From assembly GCA_034417075.1 (NCBI GenBank), contig DAOULU010000012.1, positions 211,342-275,341 of the forward strand: 64,000 nt of DNA, in the 5' to 3' direction. Positions 9,856 through 18,655 of the stretch are shown here, in pieces. Numbering within the stretch: position 1 is the stretch's first letter; the number at the start of each line of letters is the position of its first letter. Origin of the DNA: Anaerolineales bacterium. Its GTDB lineage: Bacteria > Chloroflexota > Anaerolineae > Anaerolineales > E44-bin32. The notes beneath the pieces were generated by a model. It saw only the letters and a program-made list of their open reading frames with translations. It was not told the DNA's origin and did no database searches. The position numbers and the translations under genes were made by a program.

Positions 9856-11025
9856 TTATGGTATAGGCACGGATGGCGGTTTGTCAGGACGGTACGCGTC
9901 GCCACCGCAGTTCCAATTCCAATCGGCGATGACGATGTTCTCGACGCTGCCGTTCGGTGGTACGGTTACGGTTTTCAGGGCCTTTCCACAGGATGGGTTG
10001 CTGCCGGTGTATCCGCCGGCAACGTAAGGAACGCCACCGACGCCCTTGGCGTAAGCCACGACGTGATAGTTCCCCGGAGGAACCGTCATGCTGTAATACG
10101 GGTGAGTCGGGGTGGTGTGGATCCACCACCACGTGTTATCGTCCAGATTGAAGAACATGACCACGACGGGAGACTCGCCACCCGTGTAGGAGTCCTTGAG
10201 GTACGGAGGTGCGGACGCCATGTCGACCATCCCCGATATCGTACCCGGCGTGCCGCTCGATGTGCTGGGAAGAGATGTGGTTGCCGTGGCGACGACGACG
10301 GGAACGGGTTGCTCAGCATTGGGATCTCGTTGGACATAAGGACTGATCCAAATTGGATTGTACAGATTACGATCACCTGAAGTACGCACAACGAGTACAA
10401 ATTCCACCGTCTGTCCGGTAAGCGAGCTGAGATCGACTTCGACTTCAGTATGTGCGCCGCTGGTGGCATCATGGTCGGAGATCGGTCGTGGTCCGAGGTC
10501 AGGCGGAAGGTCGTGGAAGGTGCCACTGGCGTCGAAGTAACTGAGACCGAAATCAACATCGCAAGCAATGGCGGAAGGTTTGCACGCCAGAATTGCGTGA
10601 AAGGTATCACCTTCCCAGACCTGCATGGCCGGATAATGGCCGAAAATACCAGCGAATCTGTCGTACGCCGGGATAGTAATCAGCGAGGGCGACTCGACCA
10701 GGATGTCACCTGAAACGATCGTGTTATCCAGACGTTCAACGTAACCAGCGCCCGTGTCGTTTGGGTCCCCTGGGCAGGGCAAGTATTCGCCGTTGTTCGA
10801 CCATTCGGCAGTGCACATGGCAGTGACGAAATCGAGCACGACGGTCGATGGGTCTGGCATGGTGACATCGAGCACTTGCGGCGTCGCGGTGCTCGTAGGC
10901 TCAGGGGTGTTCGTTTCAGTGGGAGGCGGAGGGATCGTGATCGTTGGTGATGGTGAGACATTCACCGGCGCATTGCAGGCGGCCAGTGTGAAAATGGTGG
11001 CGAGGATGAGCAGGAAGTGTTTCAA
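9856..11025 (-). CDS. secreted lipoprotein, hypothetical, with Thr/Pro-rich linkers and a carboxypeptidase-regulatory-like C-terminal domain
   Basis: Lipobox signal MKHFLLILATIFTLAAC. aaggag RBS 6 nt before the TTG start. C-terminal MTVPPGNYHVVAYAKG... resembles CarboxypepD_reg-type beta-sandwiches. Confidence 0.7.
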   Translation of the reverse strand: MKHFLLILATIFTLAACNAPVNVSPSPTITIPPPPTETNTPEPTSTATPQVLDVTMPDPSTVVLDFVTAMCTAEWSNNGEYLPCPGDPNDTGAGYVERLDNTIVSGDILVESPSLITIPAYDRFAGIFGHYPAMQVWEGDTFHAILACKPSAIACDVDFGLSYFDASGTFHDLPPDLGPRPISDHDATSGAHTEVEVDLSSLTGQTVEFVLVVRTSGDRNLYNPIWISPYVQRDPNAEQPVPVVVATATTSLPSTSSGTPGTISGMVDMASAPPYLKDSYTGGESPVVVMFFNLDDNTWWWIHTTPTHPYYSMTVPPGNYHVVAYAKGVGGVPYVAGGYTGSNPSCGKALKTVTVPPNGSVENIVIADWNWNCGGDAYRPDKPPSVPIP

Positions 11026-11194
11026 GGCGAACTCCTTTATGCTGCAGTGTTATCGGTCCATGGTGCGGAAATAGACCGGCGCCTACTCTATCGCGCAAGA
11101 TGGCTTGTGTCAATCCGGGCGGAAGGTACTGGTTGCGTATAGCCATAAACTTAACGATTGTTTTTTTACTTGGCATCTTCGAACAGGAGCAATT

Positions 11195-12463
11195 ATGTGG
11201 GATAATGTCGAGTTGGTTGCGACGAGAGACCGGCTGAATGTAAGGATTCTTAAGAAGATGAAGATAGTTGTTCCAGCCATTGGATCGCGAGGTGATGTTC
11301 AACCATACATCAACCTTTGTCAGGCGCTGACCGCGGCGAAGCACAATGTGGTCATTGCCACCAATCCAACGTTGTGTGATCTGGTTCTCGAGCATGGTGT
11401 GGCGTGTGTCCCTGTCGGTTCTCCAATCGACATGGGCGTCGAAGGTGCGCGGCTCCTCGAACGATCATTTAACAATATATACATTGGCATGATCCGGGTA
11501 ATGCAACTTGCTATGCGCTTGGTCGAAGAAGCATTTGACGATGTTCTAGGAGCTTGTCGCAGTGCGGACCTCGTCATCGTTTCGGATACCGGCAGTGGTA
11601 TGGCTGAGGCAGATAAGTTGGGGATACCATGGATCAGTGTAACGCTGCAGCCTGCGAGAATCCCTGCCGAACGCCAGGTCCCATTAAATGTCTTTCAACG
11701 TATACTCTGGGGATTGATCGGAAGAATAATGGTCCTGCCGATCAATCGTTTCCGGAAAAGGGTGGGAGCTCCCCTCGTTTCTGATGTCGCCAGTATGCAA
11801 TCGCAACGAATGCTTCTATTGCCTGTTAACCAGCATGTCGCACCGCCCGATCCAAATTGGCCGGATTACGTTCATCAAACAAATTTCTGGTTTGCCCAAC
11901 CACAGAAAGATTGGAGGCCACCGAGGGATTTGATTGAATTCCTTCATGCGGGAGAGACACCGATAGCGGTGAGCCTTGGTGTGATGAGTATGCACGGACA
12001 CAAAGCTCAAGTAAGTGCGAAAGTGATACTTGAAGCGATTAAGCAGGTGGGAGTACGGGCGATAATTCAGGGATGGAATGAAATTTATCAAGAGGAAATA
12101 TCACACACAGATATCTATTTCACAGGTTCCATGCCACATGATTGGTTATTCGATCAGGTTCAGGCAGTCATACACCATGGAGGCTTTGGTACAACGGCGG
12201 CTGTTCTACGAGCTGGTGTCCCCGGAATTGTAATTCCGCACGTTATTGACCAATTCTATTGGGGTCAGCGAGTAGCTCAACTTGGAACGGGTCCGAAACC
12301 CATTCGACGCAGTAAAATCAATGTTGCCAATATTAGGGAGGCGTTATCACAGGCAATGTTTAATGTTGCTATACGAGAAAATGCACGCCGGATGGGAGAA
12401 TATATAAGATCCGATCCCGATGGGGTGAAAACGGCTGTATCAATCATAGAGAGCGAAATTTGA
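11195..12463 (+). CDS. GT1-family glycosyltransferase (UDP-glycosyltransferase / MGT type)
   Basis: N-terminal GSRGDVQPY motif and C-terminal UDPGT signature HHGGFGTTAAVLRAGVPGIVIPHVIDQFYWG. ATG 11195 has an aggag RBS; alternative starts at 11105 and 11258. Confidence 0.85.
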   Translation: MWDNVELVATRDRLNVRILKKMKIVVPAIGSRGDVQPYINLCQALTAAKHNVVIATNPTLCDLVLEHGVACVPVGSPIDMGVEGARLLERSFNNIYIGMIRVMQLAMRLVEEAFDDVLGACRSADLVIVSDTGSGMAEADKLGIPWISVTLQPARIPAERQVPLNVFQRILWGLIGRIMVLPINRFRKRVGAPLVSDVASMQSQRMLLLPVNQHVAPPDPNWPDYVHQTNFWFAQPQKDWRPPRDLIEFLHAGETPIAVSLGVMSMHGHKAQVSAKVILEAIKQVGVRAIIQGWNEIYQEEISHTDIYFTGSMPHDWLFDQVQAVIHHGGFGTTAAVLRAGVPGIVIPHVIDQFYWGQRVAQLGTGPKPIRRSKINVANIREALSQAMFNVAIRENARRMGEYIRSDPDGVKTAVSIIESEI

Positions 12464-12544
12464 TCATCAGGTATATAAACCGGATGAGATTAACGGACAA
12501 ACTACTCCATCGTTTTCTAATTACGGCATATCCGATCTTGGCAC

Positions 12545-13555
12545 TTGCGGCAGTGTGGGTTTTACGTGGCAGACCGGGGTGTTTCCAACCATGTGGCCAC
12601 AGCTTTCTCGTTGGCCTCATCGATGAACATGGATTACATCCAGGATCTCGGAATTGATCTTCCGCCCGGAACCTACCCGGGACCGCTCGTCGATCCAATC
12701 CAGCACAGCATCGTTCGAGCGGATCTTGAGTCGTTGGGTTACTCCACCGTTGCTCTCACGAGCGGATGGGCAACGACGACCATTATCGATGCGGATTACT
12801 TCCTCTCTCCGGACACGCTGGAGTCAGAATCGGGGAACAAATATGGGGAACTTTGGTTGAACGATTTTGAGACACTGCTCATCGGCACCACGGTGTTGGT
12901 CGTTCCTCTCGATTACATCGAACGCGAAGGAATACGTGACAATCTGCGAGGGCTTGCCAATTTCTCTGGCTGGGAGGGCCAATGCCAGATCGTCCTTGCG
13001 GCTTTTGAACAGCTTAAATCCGTACCTTCCATACCAGGACCGAAATTTACTTTTGCCCACATCATCTCCCCGCATCGTCCCGATCTTTTCGGTCCAAATG
13101 GGGGAAGGATCGTCCAATCTGGGCCGACGACTCTGGATGATGTCGGTTCTCAACTCGAAGCAAAAGAAGAAGTCAGCTACTACTACGATCAGATGCAGTA
13201 CATCAATAAACTGACGCTGCAGACCATCGACAGCATCTTGGCGAACTCGGCGCGCAAGCCCGTTATCATCCTTCAATCGGACACCGGTCCTGCGTTCGAC
13301 ATGAATTGGGCGGAGCCTGACCCCATCAACCTGAAGACGAAGATCGCCATTCTGGCTGCGTTTAATTTCCCCGATGGATGTGAGCGATTGTTGTACCCCG
13401 AGATCTCTCCCGTGAATGAATTCCGGATTCTTTTCGACTGCTATTTTGGCGGTGATTACGAGATGCTGTCGGACAGAACATTCTACACCGACCATCACAG
13501 CAAGACGGGGTATGAGTTCATCCCGGTCGAGACGCTCTTGGAAGATAATCCGTAA
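12545..13555 (+). CDS. sulfatase-like (alkaline phosphatase superfamily) protein, apparently N-terminally truncated; possible pseudogene
   Basis: Matches only the middle and C-terminal parts of membrane sulfatase / phosphoethanolamine-type transferases (SLASSMNMDY, FTFAHIISPHRP). The nucleophile-containing N-terminal region is absent. A short TM-like ORF (12460..12657) sits in another frame. Confidence 0.5.
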   Translation: MRQCGFYVADRGVSNHVATAFSLASSMNMDYIQDLGIDLPPGTYPGPLVDPIQHSIVRADLESLGYSTVALTSGWATTTIIDADYFLSPDTLESESGNKYGELWLNDFETLLIGTTVLVVPLDYIEREGIRDNLRGLANFSGWEGQCQIVLAAFEQLKSVPSIPGPKFTFAHIISPHRPDLFGPNGGRIVQSGPTTLDDVGSQLEAKEEVSYYYDQMQYINKLTLQTIDSILANSARKPVIILQSDTGPAFDMNWAEPDPINLKTKIAILAAFNFPDGCERLLYPEISPVNEFRILFDCYFGGDYEMLSDRTFYTDHHSKTGYEFIPVETLLEDNP

Positions 13556-13604
13556 CGTGCGTGGAAGGCATCAAATTGTGCTGCATTTTCAATAATCCCT
13601 GCCC

Positions 13605-14150
13605 ATGATCACCATCCGACGAGCCGTTCCCCGGGATGCGGAAATTCTGGCCGAATTCGCCTCCAGGACCTACGCAGAGACATTCGGCGAGTTCACCGAC
13701 CCCCGCGATTTAGAAGAATTCCTATCTTCACAGTACGGTACTCGCCAGCAACGAGTAGAAATAACGAGCAGCGAAATCCGAACGTTAATCGTTGAAAACG
13801 AAGACCAGATGATCGGCTACGCACAGGTCAGGCGAGGGCCTGTGCCAGAGTGTGTCTCTGGCGAGTTTCCGCTAGAGCTCTGGCGTTTCTATATCGACAG
13901 ACCTTGGCAAGGCAAGGGGGCTGCGCAGGATTTAATGAAAGCGGCGAAAGCATCTGCGATTGAACTCGGCGGAAGGACTCTCTGGCTTGGGGTCTGGGAG
14001 GACAACAGCCGGGCGATTGCTTTTTACGCGCGGCACGGCTTTCGAATAGCGGGAACGAAAGATTTCTGGGTCGGAAAGGACCGTCAAAGGGATCAGGTGA
14101 TGATTTGCGATCTGACAAACAGCATCGAGTTCGACAGCGAAAGAACGTAG
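13605..14150 (+). CDS. GNAT-family N-acetyltransferase
   Basis: 181 aa with acetyl-CoA binding motif RPWQGKGAAQDLM and C-terminal AIAFYARHGF. Confidence 0.85.
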   Translation: MITIRRAVPRDAEILAEFASRTYAETFGEFTDPRDLEEFLSSQYGTRQQRVEITSSEIRTLIVENEDQMIGYAQVRRGPVPECVSGEFPLELWRFYIDRPWQGKGAAQDLMKAAKASAIELGGRTLWLGVWEDNSRAIAFYARHGFRIAGTKDFWVGKDRQRDQVMICDLTNSIEFDSERT

Positions 14151-14170
14151 AAAAGGAAACGGTAAACCGA

Positions 14171-15103
14171 TCAGCGGATACTTTGTGGGGAGATGATGTT
14201 CGTTAGTTTGCGGAATAAATGGCGCAGCGTAACGCTGATCCCTATCCAACCAATTTTCAAATGGGTGGTAATACTCCGCCTTTCGTTGTACACCTCGCGT
14301 AAGATGTAGTCATCCCTTTCGATCGAGTCCAGCACGCCCTCGAATCGTGCACAATACCAATAACCGACGATTTTACAACGTAGAACATCCAGACGATCCA
14401 GATATCTTTTACCTTCATTAAACTGCTGGCGAGCCAATTCTACTCGACCCTTTACCCACGCTCGAAACGCTTGAGTCGTGTAGTCGTTGGGATCAATATT
14501 GTGCGCCTGCAAATATTCCATCGGTATATTGATGAAGCCATCTGCGATATCCAAAAGCATATCACGGAGAAGGTGAGTGATATGCGCTGCGGTGGCGGCC
14601 AAATATTGTTCCCTTGTTTTGGAATATGGATGGCCGTGACCGATGAAGTATTGGATTCCATCAGTGACAGAGATTCCCAACCGTTCTGTATACCAAGCAA
14701 GTTCGTTTCGTTTGATGAGGCGCCCCTTACGGTGTGCATCGAAATCGATGATCGCCAGCATGTTGCGTATAAAAGATGCCAATCCCTCATCTCTCGTCGA
14801 ACGATGTCGAATGAGGTCGGCGATTATCGATTCTTCTTCTGATAAATCTTCGAACGTCTCGCCATTAAAAAGCCCTTCGATAACTATTTTCTGGCGTTCC
14901 ATGAAAGCGATACGTTCTTGATCGGACCGTGAATAAACATCGATCACATCATCGACCCAACGGAAATACGCGTATGCACTGAGGAAGTCGTCCACAAGCT
15001 CCCTATCTACCATCAAACGCGCTGTGACGTACGTTTGTTTGCTTCCGTTTCGAGTGATCGACCGAGCGAGTTCCGCGGTTTTCATGATCCTGCTAAATCC
15101 CAT
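14171..15103 (-). CDS. squalene/phytoene synthase family protein
   Basis: Asp-rich motifs YAYFRWVDDVID and LLRDMLLDIADG match class-1 head-to-head isoprenoid synthases. Confidence 0.8.
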   Translation of the reverse strand: MGFSRIMKTAELARSITRNGSKQTYVTARLMVDRELVDDFLSAYAYFRWVDDVIDVYSRSDQERIAFMERQKIVIEGLFNGETFEDLSEEESIIADLIRHRSTRDEGLASFIRNMLAIIDFDAHRKGRLIKRNELAWYTERLGISVTDGIQYFIGHGHPYSKTREQYLAATAAHITHLLRDMLLDIADGFINIPMEYLQAHNIDPNDYTTQAFRAWVKGRVELARQQFNEGKRYLDRLDVLRCKIVGYWYCARFEGVLDSIERDDYILREVYNERRSITTHLKIGWIGISVTLRHLFRKLTNIISPQSIR

Positions 15104-15332
15104 GATGGGCTATTATATCAACTTCGACGATTCGCAATAGTCACGTGAAATCAGGTTTTCGGACGCAAGCGGAAAGTCAAATTGGGATCTCATGTCTGCC
15201 TCAGAAGATCATTTATAATGGGTTGATTTCTGTGCGTATACTCTAGTCGTACGAGATGTCAAAGGTGCCTGGACTGAAACTGCCAGGCTGTCACTGAAGG
15301 CGATTTGCGGCGGACAAGGAGAGAGATGGCTG

Positions 15333-16232
15333 ATGCTGACGCCTCGTCAATTGAAAACGCTGTACGAGCAGGGAAGGAACATCAGTGAAATTCTGCGCGA
15401 AGAATTGGACGTTGAGCACAACACGGATGAGATTATCGAAATTTCATACGATTTACAGGCAGGAAGCTACACGGATGCGCAGAAGAACGACGACGTCGCA
15501 CAGCGTAAACGGAATTATTGTGCCGAAATAGTCAAGACAATCCAATCTCTATGTGCGCCTGGATCGCTTTTAGAAGCGGGCGTGGGGGAAGCCACGACGT
15601 ATTCCGGCGTTCTGCTCGGCCTCGAAAAGTCGATACCAAGTTACGCCTTTGACTTGAGTTGGTCCCGGGTTGCGTATGCGCGAAGATGGCTAGAAAATGC
15701 TGGGATCAGGGATGCGACCCTGTGTACAGGTAGTTTGCTTCACCTGCCGTATGCGGATAATTCGATCGACGTCGTTTATACCTCTCATTCGATCGAGCCC
15801 AACGGAGGATATGAAGAGGCCATTCTCAAGGAGCTTCATCGAGTTGCGATGCGGTACGTCATTCTCCTTGAACCTGGATACGAATTGGCCAGCGACGAAG
15901 CCAGGCGGCGGATGGATGCACACGGGTATTGTAAGAATTTAGCAGGCACATCCGAATCGCTTGGATATACCGTCATCGAGCATACTTTGTTTCCAGTTAC
16001 CTCGAATCCCTTGAACCCGACGGCCCTCACGATTATTAAGAAGGGCGAACGAGCGTCGTCCTCGAGCCACGTCCTGGCATGCCCGAAGTACAAGACGCCG
16101 TTGGAAGAGGTCGGTGGAATGATGTTCAGCCCGGAGGCCTTGGTGGTTTATCCAATCATCGGCGGCATTCCATGCCTGCGCATTGAAAATGGTGTGTTTG
16201 CCAGTAAATATCTCGAGATCATGCAATTCTGA
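15333..16232 (+). CDS. class I SAM-dependent methyltransferase with Trm112-like C-terminal zinc-ribbon-like tail
   Basis: Methyltransferase motif LLEAGVGEATT plus PYADNSIDVVYTSH. Tail CPKYKTPLEE...YPIIGGIPCL resembles Trm112p-like domains. Confidence 0.75.
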   Translation: MLTPRQLKTLYEQGRNISEILREELDVEHNTDEIIEISYDLQAGSYTDAQKNDDVAQRKRNYCAEIVKTIQSLCAPGSLLEAGVGEATTYSGVLLGLEKSIPSYAFDLSWSRVAYARRWLENAGIRDATLCTGSLLHLPYADNSIDVVYTSHSIEPNGGYEEAILKELHRVAMRYVILLEPGYELASDEARRRMDAHGYCKNLAGTSESLGYTVIEHTLFPVTSNPLNPTALTIIKKGERASSSSHVLACPKYKTPLEEVGGMMFSPEALVVYPIIGGIPCLRIENGVFASKYLEIMQF

Positions 16233-16293
16233 CCCTACAGACTTAAGGGAATATGTATTTCGTTCGATTTGGAACGACGTGACGCAAAGGAGG

Positions 16294-16824
16294 ATGAAAG
16301 TGAAACGAATGATTCTCGTTTGCATATTAGCTTGGACGTTGTTTTCAGGCTGCTCGCTGCTGCAGGGAGAAGACGTAGTCAAGCGGGAAGGGGAACCCGA
16401 TGTGTACCGCGTCGCCTCCGAAGATGAGGATATGAACGCAGCCATCGAGCAAGCCCAAGCGACTCTGGGCACGTTTATTGAGTCCTTAATTTCGCCAAGA
16501 CCCGGACAGACTCATTTTTCGATCAAGGCGAAATTTGCGACGACGGATGAACCTGCTTCCTTCGAACACATCTGGTTGTACGATGTTACCTACGATGGGG
16601 AGAAGTTTTCGGGACGAATTGGGAATCAGCCTTTGGACGTCACGTACTTGAGCGTCGATGAAAAAGTGCAAGTACCTCGGGACGACGTGACGGATTGGAT
16701 GATCATCGAGGACGGCATTTTGATCGGAGGATACACTTTACGCGTGTTAGTGGATCGTATGAGTGCGGAGGAAAAGGAGACGTTCTTGGAAAGCATCGAC
16801 TTTGAGATTCCTGAAGAAGAGTAG
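16294..16824 (+). CDS. DUF2314-family lipoprotein
   Basis: Signal and lipobox MILVCILAWTLFSGC. The core FEHIWLYDVTYDGEKFSGRIGNQP...DWMIIEDGILIGGYTLRVL matches DUF2314. aaggagg RBS; start could be 16294, 16300 (GTG) or 16309. Confidence 0.7.
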   Translation: MKVKRMILVCILAWTLFSGCSLLQGEDVVKREGEPDVYRVASEDEDMNAAIEQAQATLGTFIESLISPRPGQTHFSIKAKFATTDEPASFEHIWLYDVTYDGEKFSGRIGNQPLDVTYLSVDEKVQVPRDDVTDWMIIEDGILIGGYTLRVLVDRMSAEEKETFLESIDFEIPEEE

Positions 16825-16896
16825 ATTGCGTGTAGCCAATAATGTTCTCGATTTCTGTGCTAGAAATCAAAGGATCAGGATAATAGGGGACCTCGG

Positions 16897-17334
16897 ATGT
16901 CATCTTCATCATTACTGACGTTGCTGAAGTCAAAATTGGGTGGGAAGTTCGAAAATTATCAGATTCCACCACCAGTGTTTGTGGACATGCAGGGAGAGTT
17001 CGTTCATTTCGATGCTGAAGAAGGTTGCATAGTAACCCGTTTCCCGATTCTCGAGCGCTACTGCAATCCATACGGCACAATGCAGGGAGGCATGCTTGCA
17101 GCAGCCATCGACAACACACTTGGCCCATTAAGCATGCTTGTTGCTCGACCTAACGTCACGCGCAGACTAGAAATTACTTACAATAGATCTATTTCGCCGG
17201 AGATGGGTCACATCACGATCGAGGCGCAATTCATCGATGCAGATGAAAAGAAGTTGCATTTTACGGCGCGTGTTCGTGATCTTGAGGGGAATTTGTTGGC
17301 GCGGGCACGTGCGACCCACTGGATCGTCACATAA
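16897..17334 (+). CDS. PaaI-family hotdog-fold thioesterase
   Basis: 145 aa with NPYGTMQGGMLAAAIDNTLG, the typical PaaI/YdiI motif. Confidence 0.8.
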   Translation: MSSSSLLTLLKSKLGGKFENYQIPPPVFVDMQGEFVHFDAEEGCIVTRFPILERYCNPYGTMQGGMLAAAIDNTLGPLSMLVARPNVTRRLEITYNRSISPEMGHITIEAQFIDADEKKLHFTARVRDLEGNLLARARATHWIVT

Positions 17335-17599
17335 AACGATAAATCAAGCGACGCGAGAGATTTATGCCGCTGCACAGGCAGGTAAGAATTCAGATGCTCG
17401 GCGGTTCATCTATAGAAACACCGTTTCTGTCCTCCTGTTGATGTCGTCTTGAATTAATGCCTATCATGGCTTTTATCCTTTGGGTGTTTTTCTGGAACAC
17501 GATTCCACCGTTTCGGGGTTAAACAGGGCAGTGCGGTTCTCACATTCATTTTCGGTGCGAGAAGTCTGGGTCGATTCGCTGAGAAAGGTATAGGACCTC

Positions 17600-18085
17600 A
17601 TGGCTGAAGTGGAACACCCGTATCAAAGAGGTTTGTACTTCGATGAATTTGAAATCGGTCAGGAAATTCTTAGTGTAGGACGAACGGTCACAGAGGCAGA
17701 CGTTGTAGGATTTGCGAGCGTAACGGGGGATTGGACGAGGATACACACGGATGCAATTTTCGCCTCGCAGCACCTGCTCGGTCAACGCGTGGCGCATGGA
17801 TTACTCGGTCTCTCCATCGCCGTTTCCTTAGCCACACGCACGGGATTCATCGAGGGAACAGTGTTGGCGTTCCGTGAAATCGAAAATTGGAAATTTCGAT
17901 CGCCGATCTACTTCGGAGACACCATTTCGATGCGGGCTACAGTTACCGACACCAAACTCGTACGTCAATTGGGTGGAGGGTTGGTATTTTTTAAAGTAGA
18001 TCTACTAAACCAGGAGCGCAGCGTCGTGCAACAGGGTAAATGGGCTTTACTGGTGATGAGTAGACCAGAGGGTGAGCTTGAATGA
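17600..18085 (+). CDS. MaoC-like (R)-specific enoyl-CoA hydratase/dehydratase
   Basis: 161 aa with the hydratase-2 motif SVTGDWTRIHTDAIFA and hotdog-fold length. Confidence 0.85.
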   Translation: MAEVEHPYQRGLYFDEFEIGQEILSVGRTVTEADVVGFASVTGDWTRIHTDAIFASQHLLGQRVAHGLLGLSIAVSLATRTGFIEGTVLAFREIENWKFRSPIYFGDTISMRATVTDTKLVRQLGGGLVFFKVDLLNQERSVVQQGKWALLVMSRPEGELE

Positions 18086-18543
18086 TAAGAATCGAAGAGG
18101 CTAAGCAAGCCAGCGATGAGCTTTGGAAGGCTTTCTGCTCTCTCATTCCGCAGCTTACGAAGGCGTCCGAGGTGCCAACTCGCGAGGACCTTCAGATCAT
18201 CATCGAGGCGGAGGCAACGAAATTGTTGCTGGCGATTGACGATACGCGAGGTGCCCGGAGGATCGTCGGCGTCTTGACTCTGATCATTTACTGTATTCCC
18301 ACAAGGAAGGTGGCGCGCATCGAAGACGTTGTTGTCGAGCAAGATGCACGCAGGCAGGGTATCGCAGAGCTGCTCGTGCAGCATGCGTTAGAACTCGCCA
18401 GGAATGCGGGAGCAGATTCCGTCGATCTTACTTCCAATCCTGACCGTGTGGCGGCTATTCAATTGTATTCCAAGCTTGGCTTCGTTAAGTGGAACACCAA
18501 TTTATTCCGCTTTTCATCTGACACGACGAATTTGGAAACGTGA
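18082..18543 (+). CDS. GNAT-family N-acetyltransferase
   Basis: ATGA overlap with the preceding gene. Motif VEQDARRQGIAELLVQHALELAR. Confidence 0.8.
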   Translation: MIRIEEAKQASDELWKAFCSLIPQLTKASEVPTREDLQIIIEAEATKLLLAIDDTRGARRIVGVLTLIIYCIPTRKVARIEDVVVEQDARRQGIAELLVQHALELARNAGADSVDLTSNPDRVAAIQLYSKLGFVKWNTNLFRFSSDTTNLET

Positions 18544-18580
18544 CACACACAATGTTTTGGTTTGCACGATAGGCATTATG

Positions 18581-18606
18581 AGAAAACGAGAGCGGAAACC
18601 GCTCTC
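18581..18606 (-). terminator. putative terminator downstream of the minus-strand supercluster
   Basis: 8-bp stem gagagcgg / ccgctctc with 3-nt loop. On the minus strand it is followed by gttttct. Lies between convergent genes. Confidence 0.45.
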
Positions 18607-18655
18607 ATAATTACACATGTTGTCGCTGGAAAGTGAGACCTACTAGTTCTGAGGT

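Noticed and set aside
9841-10610. Alternative-frame ORFs (179 aa plus strand, 174 aa minus strand) over the lipoprotein gene
   Set aside because: The 389-aa frame has a clear lipoprotein signal, an RBS and coherent domain-like sequence. The alternatives are Arg/Pro/Ser-rich with no features.
12824-13498. 224-aa minus-strand ORF
   Set aside because: Antisense to the sulfatase-like ORF, which carries recognisable family motifs. No motifs of its own.
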